A DNA stretch of 64,000 nucleotides from Vampirovibrionaceae bacterium NZW_1234 (GCA_041697335.1 JBGUGD010000007.1:1-64000); one strand, 5' to 3'. Positions 9,782 to 19,498 are shown, counted from the stretch's first letter. The notes: generated by a model not told the origin, from the letters alone. Translations and numbers: made by a program.

Positions 9782-11632
9782 CTACTCTCGCCGACGCATT
9801 CGGGCCTGCGTGATTTCCAGCGCACGAACAGGGTCCAGAAAACCGGCGCCCTGATCCCGTTCGGTGTAGCGCCTGTTTGGCGTGGCGGCTTCGCGCAGAA
9901 TGGATTGAATGTCATCAAAACTCAAATTGGGGTTCATTTGCAGCATCAGGGCCACCACCCCGGACAAGCGCGGCGCGGCCACGGAGCTACCGCCGTTGAT
10001 ACGACTGAATCGGCGCATAATCGGTGTTTCCAAATCATCCGCCGGAATAGCCACCGTGGGGTTCCACCGGCCATCCCCCCGGCCGGAGTGAAAGGCAATG
10101 GTGTCATCGGCATTGTTATCCGGTGTCCCTTGGGCATTGGCTGTCGCGGTTCGTAACACATGCGAGCTTTTGGCCAGGTCGTTAAAACTCCATCCCGGCA
10201 GGATGGGATCCAGACTGGCATCCGGTGCCGTGTTGCTGCTGGCAATCACAATGACCCGACCACTTTCGGCAGCCTTTCGAGATATGTCACGCCATCGTTC
10301 CAGGGCTTTCTCGTCCTCCCTTCCGCCATCCAGGGCATGGCGAATGTAGCGCATAATGGCCTGGTTTTCCGTGTCGCCGTCTTGCCGGAACCGGAGAATC
10401 TCCCGCGTCAATTGGGGGTATCGGTCTCGCTCGGGTCCCTGAAGGTGCCCCTGAAGATACTGAAATAAACTGGCCGCACTGGCTCCGTCGGAAATATTAA
10501 TTAGGCGCTCGGCTGGGTCGTTGCGTTTCATAATGGCTTCGACGCCGTCGCTAAATTTGTCTATACCATCGGCTAAAACCTGTCTGAGATGGGCACCCAG
10601 GCGTTCCGGGTTTTTATTGAGCATTTCTTTTTCGCGGACCTGCTCAGCCCGAATGGCATCCAGCCGGGTTTGTAGGGATTTCACAGTCGGGTCGGCCTGC
10701 AGCTCCTCGGGTGACACTGGCTTGCCATCGCGAGCTTCGGACAGTTCCTTTTCCCGGGCTTTCATCGCCTTTTCAATAGGATACATTCGGTTTCTGAAAT
10801 TGATCGGTCCCGATTTTGCCAGCGGCGGCGTCATCCCTCGGGAGCTGACACCGGGTGCGATGCCCACATCCTTGTTGTCCAGCATTTCGGCGACTTGTCC
10901 GGCATGATCCCACCGGGTCCGCACCCCGTCTTCCACGTCCTTGGTGTCTTCCAGGATGACGGCTTTAATTCCGGCCCCGGTAATGGGTTTGCCGTTGGGG
11001 TCCACAAATTTTTTATCGGCAATGGCCTTCCTCAGCCGGTCGGCGTAGGCTTGGGTATTCTCCTTGGCCCGGGCTTCAAAGTTTTTCTTGAGGGCCTTGC
11101 CCAGGTCTCCGGCGAAATGATTGTGGGGCATATTGTATCCCAGTCCCAGGGCTACGTCCTCGTTGGCAAAAATAGAGCCCTCTCGCCCATCCAGCAGACG
11201 ATAGCTTCCATCCGCCCGGACCGATCCGACCTCGCGTAATTTGGCCTGATCGCCGTTACCCACCAGAACATACAACGTGCCATCCTTCGCCAGTACAGCG
11301 GCTTCCCGTCGGCCGTTGATCTGAACGCTGGGATCGCCGATGGTGTCTTTTTCCGGAATCGAATCTGCCGAAATCACCCGACCTTCCTTGGGCTTAGGTT
11401 TCACCACGCTGCCTCGTGCCGCCACTGGGGTAAGCGGTTTTGGGCTGGGCTTAGGCGTTTCGCCGGGCAACGGCACGTCGGAAAACGCCACCAGGCTAAA
11501 ATCGTCCTCCTTCGACGAGGCCGGGCCTGGCATCGATTTGCCGTTTGTCGCTGATATTTTCAGTAGGGTCGGGGAACCTAAAATGGCGTTTAACACCGCC
11601 TGAGGCACGCCTTTGCCCAACTTATCGAACAT
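9782..11632 (-). CDS. divergent subtilisin-like serine peptidase (S8) with N-terminal extension
   Basis: GAGIKAVILED (acidic residue), DHAGQVA (His), ASSN (oxyanion Asn), NGGSSVAAPRLSGVVALMLQMNPNL (Ser), QGAGFLD; start set at MFDK behind GGAG (ORF track starts at 11659). Confidence 0.82.
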   Translation of the reverse strand: MFDKLGKGVPQAVLNAILGSPTLLKISATNGKSMPGPASSKEDDFSLVAFSDVPLPGETPKPSPKPLTPVAARGSVVKPKPKEGRVISADSIPEKDTIGDPSVQINGRREAAVLAKDGTLYVLVGNGDQAKLREVGSVRADGSYRLLDGREGSIFANEDVALGLGYNMPHNHFAGDLGKALKKNFEARAKENTQAYADRLRKAIADKKFVDPNGKPITGAGIKAVILEDTKDVEDGVRTRWDHAGQVAEMLDNKDVGIAPGVSSRGMTPPLAKSGPINFRNRMYPIEKAMKAREKELSEARDGKPVSPEELQADPTVKSLQTRLDAIRAEQVREKEMLNKNPERLGAHLRQVLADGIDKFSDGVEAIMKRNDPAERLINISDGASAASLFQYLQGHLQGPERDRYPQLTREILRFRQDGDTENQAIMRYIRHALDGGREDEKALERWRDISRKAAESGRVIVIASSNTAPDASLDPILPGWSFNDLAKSSHVLRTATANAQGTPDNNADDTIAFHSGRGDGRWNPTVAIPADDLETPIMRRFSRINGGSSVAAPRLSGVVALMLQMNPNLSFDDIQSILREAATPNRRYTERDQGAGFLDPVRALEITQARMRRRE

Positions 11633-11903
11633 ACGAGACTCCATAGCATCACTGCACACACACCCGCAGCTACCTATATAAAACCCATCAACCCCCTATT
11701 CGATGCCAATCCAATAGCAATATTAATACAATCCTTAGAATCGCATGGCGTTTAAAAAGCGCCAGACACCTGTGAGCATGTTGCCAATTTGTTACAAAAC
11801 GCATGAATTTTTTGTATTTCTATTTTATTTTTGACTTTATGTTGTATAGTAATGGCTCTGATGAAAAAAATAGGCTATTGGGGTGCTCTCGAATCGTCCA
11901 ATA

Positions 11904-13457
11904 ATGACCGGTGTGATGCTCGGGCCCGTGGGGCATTCATGGCCCTACTCAAATGGTGGAGCCTATTTGCCACCTCATTCTTTCCTGCCTCATCCGGCCT
12001 ACTCGGGATATCCCCCATTTAACCCGTACAACAGACCATATTTCCCTTATTCTTATCCACCTGTGTATGAGCCAAAAGCCTATACGCAGACCAATACTGC
12101 TCCTCAAGCGGTGCTCAGCCGGAACCCGATAGGCTCTTCTGCTGCATCTTCTGCATTTGCCCAAAAAAAACTTCTGTCTAGTCCCACTCAGCCTGCATCA
12201 CTGAATGCATCGGAAACCATTTTGACGGATGGCATGGCTGATAACATAGACAAAAATGTAAAGCCCAACTCCAAAACCTTGTTGTATGCCGGAGGAGCCC
12301 TTGCACTCTCCGCTGCCGTTATAGGTGGAATTCTGTATGCACAGCGTACCCAGGCTAACTCGAAGGTCGAGAGTAAGAAACCGGTTTTGCCCTTGTATAA
12401 ACTTGAGGATTTTAAGGTCCCCCCAGGCCTGGAGACCCCTGAAAAACGCCGTAAAAAATCTGTTGAGCTGGCCAATCTCATCTATCCTGAAATTATAAAA
12501 CGCTATGAGAAAAATCCAAATTCAGCCGAATGGGCTCATGAAGTTAATGAGATCTTTAATAGCCTGCTTCGGAGCCGGGTATACGACAAAGGGCGTGTCA
12601 ATTTTATTGTCAATTATGGGATATTTGTACCAGGCGAATACGGCGGTCGCTATGAGCCAGCTTTGAAACCCAAATATGTAAAAGATACTTATTTAAGCAA
12701 TATGGCTTCTCTGGAGTTAATTAGCTATGCCGGTCTCATCAAGTTCAATAAAAGTCATGTTCAAAAGGCTGTATCCCAAAGTGAGGCTAATATGCCCTGC
12801 TTTTACCTGGGTCAAATTGAAATCAAACCTTCTTTAAAGCCCAGTGACGATGAAGGAAAAAGCAAACTGTATAGTTTGATAGTGCATGAAACTAACCACT
12901 TTCTCTTTGAGCTAGCCAATCACCCGCTTAAGATGCGAAAGGCTCTGGAAACAATTCTCCAAAGTCCGTTTAAGAAAGCTCTTGTCTTGGATGATTGGGA
13001 AACAATGCTGTTCAACCAAATCTTAGCTCATTACAAGTTAGAAACGATTCCTAAGGATGCTAAGCTCTCTCAAGAGAGGGTGGAAAAGTATTGGCAGGTG
13101 TTTACGCGTCTGGCCTCCGATCCCACTCATAAATATCCCTTAATCAGTCAATGGAAGGACAAAGACATTATTTTTAATCAGTGTCCTCGGGACAAGTTAA
13201 AAGCCCTTTTAAAAGTGAAATATCTGAATGAATATGAAGCCTATTTGACCTACAAAGAACGCTTTCGTTCCGAGAACTGTTCAGCAAAAAAAGTTTTTTT
13301 ACACGACCTGGTATCCGGCCTTCGTGCGATGATGTTTCGGGATGTCATTGATTTCGTGGAAGCTGAGATCCTAAAACTGCCTGAAGATCAACGACACAAT
13401 CTTGCACAAAAGGAATCTATTCTTGTCCGTCCAGAAAAGGGAAATGATGCCTTATGA
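11904..13457 (+). CDS. hypothetical membrane-anchored protein with HExxH zincin-like motif
   Basis: Pro/Tyr-rich N-terminus, TM segment LLYAGGALALSAAVIGGILYA, LIVHETNH, downstream NEYEAY as possible third ligand. Confidence 0.6.
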   Translation: MTGVMLGPVGHSWPYSNGGAYLPPHSFLPHPAYSGYPPFNPYNRPYFPYSYPPVYEPKAYTQTNTAPQAVLSRNPIGSSAASSAFAQKKLLSSPTQPASLNASETILTDGMADNIDKNVKPNSKTLLYAGGALALSAAVIGGILYAQRTQANSKVESKKPVLPLYKLEDFKVPPGLETPEKRRKKSVELANLIYPEIIKRYEKNPNSAEWAHEVNEIFNSLLRSRVYDKGRVNFIVNYGIFVPGEYGGRYEPALKPKYVKDTYLSNMASLELISYAGLIKFNKSHVQKAVSQSEANMPCFYLGQIEIKPSLKPSDDEGKSKLYSLIVHETNHFLFELANHPLKMRKALETILQSPFKKALVLDDWETMLFNQILAHYKLETIPKDAKLSQERVEKYWQVFTRLASDPTHKYPLISQWKDKDIIFNQCPRDKLKALLKVKYLNEYEAYLTYKERFRSENCSAKKVFLHDLVSGLRAMMFRDVIDFVEAEILKLPEDQRHNLAQKESILVRPEKGNDAL

Positions 13458-15661
13458 AAACCCAATTTGCGTATTTCACGTTGAACCAACATCGTCATTT
13501 GAACTTTTCTCATGGATTAAATTCGGAGACGACTTTGGCCCACAACCGGATTAATCCTCGCCTTTCTGCCGATCGGTTTCAACAGAAAGAATTATCAGAC
13601 AAGAGCAGCTTCAAACCTCGCTTTTCCGGGCAAACCAAAGAGTATTACTCCAATGCAAAGAAATCACTGTCCCAAGTTCGTCAGGAGATTGAAGATTTAA
13701 AGCGTCAAATGAATCAGCTGGATAAGCCAACGCCCCCACAAGTTCCTAATAAAAAAAGTTTTTTTGAAGAACTCTTTAGCGGTTTATTCAAGCCGGGTGA
13801 TTATCCGGGAGATTCTGTTTATTATGATGCCTGTGTTCCAATGAACTCAAGTTCTGATTCGAGCAGTGAGCCTGATGATGACTGGAAGTACGATTATGAT
13901 GATGCTGACTATAAGCGTGAGTTAGCGATCTATAAGAGCAAGAAAGCCAATTTGCAAAAGAAAATCCAGGAAAAGTTTCAGGCGATTGCGGGTATTGAAG
14001 AACAACGAGCCAAGCTTAAAACCATTCGGGATAAAACGGCTCAGACGACCCGGTGCCCGAATCTAACACCAGAAGAGCTTTTGGCCTTAGCTGAGGGGTT
14101 TGCAACTCAGTTTCAAGAAGTTAAAGACGAGCATTTTTTAACTTTATACCCATTACGGAGCCGACCGGGATTAATAAGTTCAATGAGAGAAGCTGTTAAA
14201 ATTGATTTAGGGTCAGGCTCTCCAGTAGCGCTTTTCCTAAATGAGGGGATTGAAGAAACCCGCAATAACTTGAAACCGGATGCTCCGTTGTCGGCGAAAG
14301 TAGATGCCTTGAATCGTTTTTACTTGCTGGAGGCGGAGGTTGATACCTTTCTAACGGATAGCAAAGCTTTATATCCCAAATTTTTCTCAGAACCAGCAGT
14401 TGAACTAAAAACAGCAGCATTACACGCCATGATGGCTGAGCCAAAGATCCGCCCGGAGAATTATAAACAATTACTCGAAGACACTTTTTGGGGTAAGAAT
14501 GTGGCTTTAAAAAAGATAGCCATGCGTGGGATTCTAAAGGAGCTGACTTCGCCAGGATTTACGCTATCCAATAAAATGGACTTGCAGATTGCCATTTTAG
14601 GGAAATATGAAAAATCCGATTTTGAGCTAAGTGGGTTAGCCCAAACCATAAAACAAAAACGGGAGGACTTAGGGCACTACAGACCACTGGATCAGTTTGC
14701 TGCATCTAAGAAGATTGCGGAAAAGTTTATTGGAAACCCGACATTGGAAAGGACTCTGAAGGGTGCATTAAATGTTTATTACAACAGGTTGGCTGATTAT
14801 TATCAAGATAATAACCGCCTGATTCCACTGACAGGGGCGAATTCGCTAATGTTGTTGGAAGGCCCTCCAGGCATTGGTAAAACAAAGCTCGTCAAAGCGT
14901 TTGCGGATGAAGTTGTTGGATCTCCAAACTTGATTCTCATTAATATGTCAAATATTTCTTCACTGCAGCAACTAAAGGACCAACTCCGTTCGAATGCTTT
15001 AACGCTGGATCCCTATGAACGACGTGTTAAAATGGCTGGGAAAGTCCTGTTTTTGGATGAGTTCCAAAGTTTGGAAGAGAAGAATCCAGCGGTTCAAAAT
15101 GAGATCATTAGTTTTCTCAAGCAGGTATTTAATCGGGAAAGTCATCCGGAATTTGATTTTAAGGACTCTATTGTGGCCGTCGCTACGAATAAGCGCTTAT
15201 CAACCCTGCCTGCCTTCCAAAGTGAATCTGCCTTACCTATGACACAACGTATATACGGAAATAGCCAACGGGTGATGATGAATAATAATCTTCACGAGAA
15301 CTTGGGCGAAATTGTGGATCGCTTTGTGTCGGATAAACTTTATAAAGACTCAAAACCTGATATGAATATTGTTGCCATAGATGACGATGCCAAGACTTAT
15401 TTAAAGCGGTTTCTTCGTAACGTCTTTCCAGATAATTCTGGCGATCAATGTGGTCGCGTGGTGATTGGTGAGATTGTTAATGAGATCATTTCGGCCATGA
15501 ACTGTCAGGAGGGCTTTACTTATACAGCAGCTGATGAATTGACCATCCAAGCTGCGCCTAATTCAAGTGGGTTAATCGTTCGCAAGAATCTCGTTCAGTA
15601 TCAAGGGAAGAGAGATCCATTTCACGTTACGTTTTCCGATTATCAAAGAAGGCGTCTATAG
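13454..15661 (+). CDS. AAA+ ATPase with ClpA/B second-domain-like module and N-terminal coiled-coil/acidic region
   Basis: Walker A GPPGIGKT, Walker B VLFLDEFQ, FDFKDSIVAVATN (compare Clp D2 VDFxNTIIIxTSN), IDDDAKTYL; ATGA overlap with the upstream gene. Confidence 0.8.
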   Translation: MKTQFAYFTLNQHRHLNFSHGLNSETTLAHNRINPRLSADRFQQKELSDKSSFKPRFSGQTKEYYSNAKKSLSQVRQEIEDLKRQMNQLDKPTPPQVPNKKSFFEELFSGLFKPGDYPGDSVYYDACVPMNSSSDSSSEPDDDWKYDYDDADYKRELAIYKSKKANLQKKIQEKFQAIAGIEEQRAKLKTIRDKTAQTTRCPNLTPEELLALAEGFATQFQEVKDEHFLTLYPLRSRPGLISSMREAVKIDLGSGSPVALFLNEGIEETRNNLKPDAPLSAKVDALNRFYLLEAEVDTFLTDSKALYPKFFSEPAVELKTAALHAMMAEPKIRPENYKQLLEDTFWGKNVALKKIAMRGILKELTSPGFTLSNKMDLQIAILGKYEKSDFELSGLAQTIKQKREDLGHYRPLDQFAASKKIAEKFIGNPTLERTLKGALNVYYNRLADYYQDNNRLIPLTGANSLMLLEGPPGIGKTKLVKAFADEVVGSPNLILINMSNISSLQQLKDQLRSNALTLDPYERRVKMAGKVLFLDEFQSLEEKNPAVQNEIISFLKQVFNRESHPEFDFKDSIVAVATNKRLSTLPAFQSESALPMTQRIYGNSQRVMMNNNLHENLGEIVDRFVSDKLYKDSKPDMNIVAIDDDAKTYLKRFLRNVFPDNSGDQCGRVVIGEIVNEIISAMNCQEGFTYTAADELTIQAAPNSSGLIVRKNLVQYQGKRDPFHVTFSDYQRRRL

Positions 15662-15662
15662 T

Positions 15663-17006
15663 ATGAGAGCCATGGTTACACCTTCGAGTTTGTTTCAAGT
15701 TGTCCCTACTTTTTCAACCCGGCATTGTTCAGAATACATACCGGTAGTTTCACAGGACTCTAGGGCTCTTTCGCGTCTACGAGCGACAATGTCTAAGGGT
15801 GTTCTTTTGTTTGGGGCTGATCAAGTTAGTCTTTCGGATCAAATAAAACAGAATGCGACGCGCAATGTCCGAGCGTGGGAAATTGTCCGATCCTTTTTGC
15901 AAGTTCCAGAAAAGTTGATGACTGCCTCTCAGCCATTCAATGGTGCTTTGAATCAGTCATCAACATTGGGTATTCATAAATTATTACCGTATATCCCGAT
16001 GCTAAAGCGGTTTGCCTTGGTTGGGGATGTTTTAGGTCCGATTTTGGCCCTTGTCGGATTTAATCATGACAATTCTGTTGCCTTAAAAAGTCATAACCAA
16101 TTGCTTAAAAATCATAAGGATGTCTTAGAGAAGTTTAAAGCAGTTAATACGCAATTGAATACTTTATCCACCCTCATCCAAGAAAGTCACCAGAAGTTGC
16201 ATACGGAATTAACTGCTCTCCGTAGAAGAATTGATGATGTCGAAGGTCGAGTTATTCTTCTTCAGGACAGTGATTTAGAAGCAGGCTTGATGCATATGAC
16301 TGAAGCCTTTTATTGGTTGAAGAAACTCGGAGAAGCTTCTCAAAGCATGGGGCCGGGGGTTCATAATGAACAAAAAGGTTTTTCTGCATCATTGAATAGA
16401 GCGAAAGCCAGTTTGGCGAACGCAATCAATAAAAGCTCAACATTAGAAAAACGTGTCGATGCTAAATTTAATTATGCTATCTGCCACGCATTATCCGGAG
16501 CAGAAGATTTGGCCTGTCAGCAGCTTGACAGTGCCTTGCAGGACATTAGCCAGGAGCCCACTGGGAATAACTATATTGCTGCAGCTCAGTTAGTCAATGC
16601 ATCACATGATTCTCAAATCGCAACATTATTTACTCGCTTGGCCTTATACAAAGCTGTAAAAGCCGATAAAGACGAGTTTGGCCATGAGTATATTGCCTCT
16701 GCCATAGGGTATTACAAACTGGGGGTGGCGATTGCACAGGAGTCCGGCAAACCTGACTTGCAAAAATCCGAAGATGCCCTGAATAAAGCATTAACCATAG
16801 GAGAAAATATTTTTTCGACCAACCACCCGTTCTTGGCTTTGACCTGCAAATCTTTGGGGAGTGTCTTGATAAACCAGAACAAGCGGGCCGAAGCTTTGAG
16901 CGTCCTGAAAAAGGGTTCTGCCATTGCAGAAAAAACTTTAGGAGCAAGTCATAAATTGGCACTGGAAATAAGACAACTCCAGAGTTCTTTAGATTCATCT
17001 AACTAA
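15663..17006 (+). CDS. coiled-coil protein with C-terminal TPR (kinesin-light-chain-type) repeats
   Basis: NHPFLALTCKSLGSVLINQNKRAEALSVLKKGSAIAEKTLGASH; hydrophobic helix LVGDVLGPILALVGF followed by heptad coiled coil; starts 1 nt after the upstream stop. Confidence 0.72.
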   Translation: MRAMVTPSSLFQVVPTFSTRHCSEYIPVVSQDSRALSRLRATMSKGVLLFGADQVSLSDQIKQNATRNVRAWEIVRSFLQVPEKLMTASQPFNGALNQSSTLGIHKLLPYIPMLKRFALVGDVLGPILALVGFNHDNSVALKSHNQLLKNHKDVLEKFKAVNTQLNTLSTLIQESHQKLHTELTALRRRIDDVEGRVILLQDSDLEAGLMHMTEAFYWLKKLGEASQSMGPGVHNEQKGFSASLNRAKASLANAINKSSTLEKRVDAKFNYAICHALSGAEDLACQQLDSALQDISQEPTGNNYIAAAQLVNASHDSQIATLFTRLALYKAVKADKDEFGHEYIASAIGYYKLGVAIAQESGKPDLQKSEDALNKALTIGENIFSTNHPFLALTCKSLGSVLINQNKRAEALSVLKKGSAIAEKTLGASHKLALEIRQLQSSLDSSN

Positions 17007-17287
17007 AGCGTTTGTTTGATGCATTTCATGAGTGAGTTTCAGGGATAGGTTTGTTTCTGTTGACGCTAATTCTATCTGGGAAACTAATATACGCCTATCG
17101 AAACTATTGTCTCCTATTATAGTAATTATATTGGCCTGTATTATAGGTTGAGTCTTCGTAATAATATAGCGTTTACCCCCTTTGAATCCTTAAGATTCTC
17201 TTAAAATGGGAGCTTTTTGTATATAAAAATGATATAATGTCCATGACATTTCATTCATAGCTTATTGAGAAGAGAAAGGAATTGATT

Positions 17288-18013
17288 ATGACAAAGGCTG
17301 CGATAGATTGGATGGAAGTTCAAGGGGTGTATCTGGCGGGGGAGAAGCCTCGGCGGATTGCACAGATGTATGGGATTGACGCAAAACAGCTGAGAAACGT
17401 CATTACGCGCCAGGGGTGGTGCAAGCAGCGTGAGGAGATTCGGCTGAAAGTGGCCGAGGAATTCGTCGCCGCCCAACGGGATATGAACACTCGGGCCATG
17501 AACGTGGTCAATAATGTCCTGGCGGCGCTGGTCAACGACGACGGGTCCATGAACTGGGAGGCCTGTCGGCGGGTGCCTGCCTACCTGGTGCGGTTGGCCC
17601 TCAATATGGCGATGCCTGACAAAATTCGCATCAAGGAATATACCGAAACCTACGATTTTGGCGACCTGCCCGAAGACCCGCCCGAAGCTCTGCCCGTGCA
17701 GCAGACCCCGGCCCCGATGCCCACGGAACAGGCGCCGCCCCCGAAAACCGCCTCTGCGGCCACCAAACCGAACACCCCGGCCGAGACCAAACCGGTGACC
17801 CCCAACAACGCCCCGGCAATCACGCCCCCCTCTCCCCCGGTTCCGGCGTCTCGCTATACCCGGGAAGAAGCCATGCAACGGCTGATGACCAATCTGGCGA
17901 ACAACCAAACCTCGGTGCTGGTCAACGGGGAATACCTGGATGCGCTGATGCCTCAGAATTCGTCGACTTCCAAGCCCGCCGGGGCTCCGGTGAGTCAAAA
18001 CGAGTCAAAATGA
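17288..18013 (+). CDS. hypothetical protein: N-terminal HTH resembling phage terminase small subunit, then Pro/Thr-rich linker
   Basis: IDWMEVQGVYLAGEKPRRIAQMYGIDAKQLRNVITRQGW fits the DW..(I/V)...Y.AG....R.IA..YG.......GW pattern; AAGGA RBS before ATG 17288. Confidence 0.55.
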   Translation: MTKAAIDWMEVQGVYLAGEKPRRIAQMYGIDAKQLRNVITRQGWCKQREEIRLKVAEEFVAAQRDMNTRAMNVVNNVLAALVNDDGSMNWEACRRVPAYLVRLALNMAMPDKIRIKEYTETYDFGDLPEDPPEALPVQQTPAPMPTEQAPPPKTASAATKPNTPAETKPVTPNNAPAITPPSPPVPASRYTREEAMQRLMTNLANNQTSVLVNGEYLDALMPQNSSTSKPAGAPVSQNESK

Positions 18014-18020
18014 GTCAAAC
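17991..18020 (+). repeat. three tandem 10-bp repeats YGAGTCAAAM
   Basis: tgagtcaaaa cgagtcaaaa tgagtcaaac; the third copy supplies the TGA stop of the 17288 ORF. Confidence 0.85.
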
Positions 18021-18358
18021 TTAAAAAAATGCACTACCCTCAGGGACCGCTTCGACAGAACCGCCCCTCGCTACCGGAAGCGACGGACATCGGAAGCCTC
18101 GAAGCCATCTGAACCGACCCCCGTAGGCCGGGCCTGCCGGATTTCATCCCAGTGCCCCTGGCTGATCGGGGAATCCCGCCAGTCTGGGGTGTCTGGGCTG
18201 CCATGGTTTTGCTGCAATTGTTTCAAAAGGATACAATCTCAAGGATTTTTTAGCGGCTTCGCTAAAGCTTTTCCCGCATCCTTCGATGACCTAGTAAGGA
18301 CCTCCGTAGGACGGATGAAAAGGACAGTGCTGGCCAAACGATAGAGGGGTGTCGGTGT

Positions 18359-19498
18359 ATGATTCTTGCAGAAAAATCCAGGTTGCTCCCCAACGCCCAA
18401 GGCATCTACCCGGAAGCCTACCGGCAACTGAAGCACGCCCTGACGGCCCTTGCGGATCGGAATTTTTTGAAAGCCAAAGTCCTGCTGGACAAAGCAGCAA
18501 AGCGCCTTCCCGAGCTGGAGAACACCCCGGAGGGAACCCAGCTGCTTTTCTTCCTCGAGGCCGCCTATAAGCGCCTTGACCCCGCCTCATCCGCCCTGGG
18601 CAACCTGTACCTGTTGCCGGATCAGGGCCAGCAGATCGCCATGTTCAACTTTATGGCCACCCGCTTTCCCGTGGTCACCTTTGCCCAGGACATCGTCAAC
18701 ACCCTTTGCCTCAGCGAGTTCCAGGGCCAGACCCATGTCACCCTGCTGGATATCGGCATCGGCACCGGCCAGCAGATAGCCCGCATTCTCAGGCAATTAA
18801 CACCGGCTACGGCCCCAGGCCAGCGCCTTACCGTCATCGGGATCGAACCGGCAGAGGCCAATCTGGCCCAGGCCCGGGAAACCCTGCTGGAGGTGGCCCG
18901 TCAACAACACCTCCCCGTTGATTTCATCGGCATCAACCAGAGTGTGGAAACCCTCCTCACCCCCCAGGGCTGGAAGGCCTTTACGCACCAACTGGGCTCG
19001 GTCCGGCACCAGGGCACGCTCATCGTGAACGCGTCCTTTGCCCTGCACCACGTTCAGCCCATCCGCCTGCGCTTGGAATTGTTCCAGAAACTCCGCCAGC
19101 TGTCCCCGACACGGGTCACCATGATTGAACCCTACGCCGACTTCGTCACCCCGCGCCTGATGCAGCGCTTTGATGAGGCGTGGTATCATTACGGCCTCAC
19201 CTTCCAGGCCATCGACCGGATTGACGCCACGGATCAGGAAAAAAGCCTCGTCAAACAGGTCTTCTTCGCCCGGGAAATCCAGGACGTGCTGGCCAAAAAC
19301 GGCCGCCGCATCGAACAGTTCGAAACCGGTGATATGTGGCTGAATCGCCTGACCAAAGCCGGTTTTTACCCCGAACTCCCCACCGGCATTCCCGACACCA
19401 TCCCGGACTGCCCCTCGGTCTCGGTGAAGGCCTTCTCCAACTACATCGGCCTGTGTGTCAACGAGTACCCGATCATTTCGATTATTGCCGTCCGCTAA
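18359..19498 (+). CDS. bacterial GRAS-domain protein (Rossmann methyltransferase-like fold)
   Basis: Colinear GRAS motifs: FFLEAAYKRL (LHRI), HVTLLDIGIGTGQQ (VHIID), LTVIGI, LIVNASFALHH, LRQLSPTRVTMIEPYAD and RFDEAWYHYGLTFQAID (PFYRE), FFAREIQDVLA, RIEQFETGDMWLNRLTKAGF; GAGGGG RBS. Confidence 0.88.
   Translation: MILAEKSRLLPNAQGIYPEAYRQLKHALTALADRNFLKAKVLLDKAAKRLPELENTPEGTQLLFFLEAAYKRLDPASSALGNLYLLPDQGQQIAMFNFMATRFPVVTFAQDIVNTLCLSEFQGQTHVTLLDIGIGTGQQIARILRQLTPATAPGQRLTVIGIEPAEANLAQARETLLEVARQQHLPVDFIGINQSVETLLTPQGWKAFTHQLGSVRHQGTLIVNASFALHHVQPIRLRLELFQKLRQLSPTRVTMIEPYADFVTPRLMQRFDEAWYHYGLTFQAIDRIDATDQEKSLVKQVFFAREIQDVLAKNGRRIEQFETGDMWLNRLTKAGFYPELPTGIPDTIPDCPSVSVKAFSNYIGLCVNEYPIISIIAVR

Noticed and set aside
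17255..17998. 247-aa Arg/Gly-rich minus-strand ORF
   Set aside because: Antisense to the Pro-rich 17288 gene, which has the RBS and a recognisable HTH
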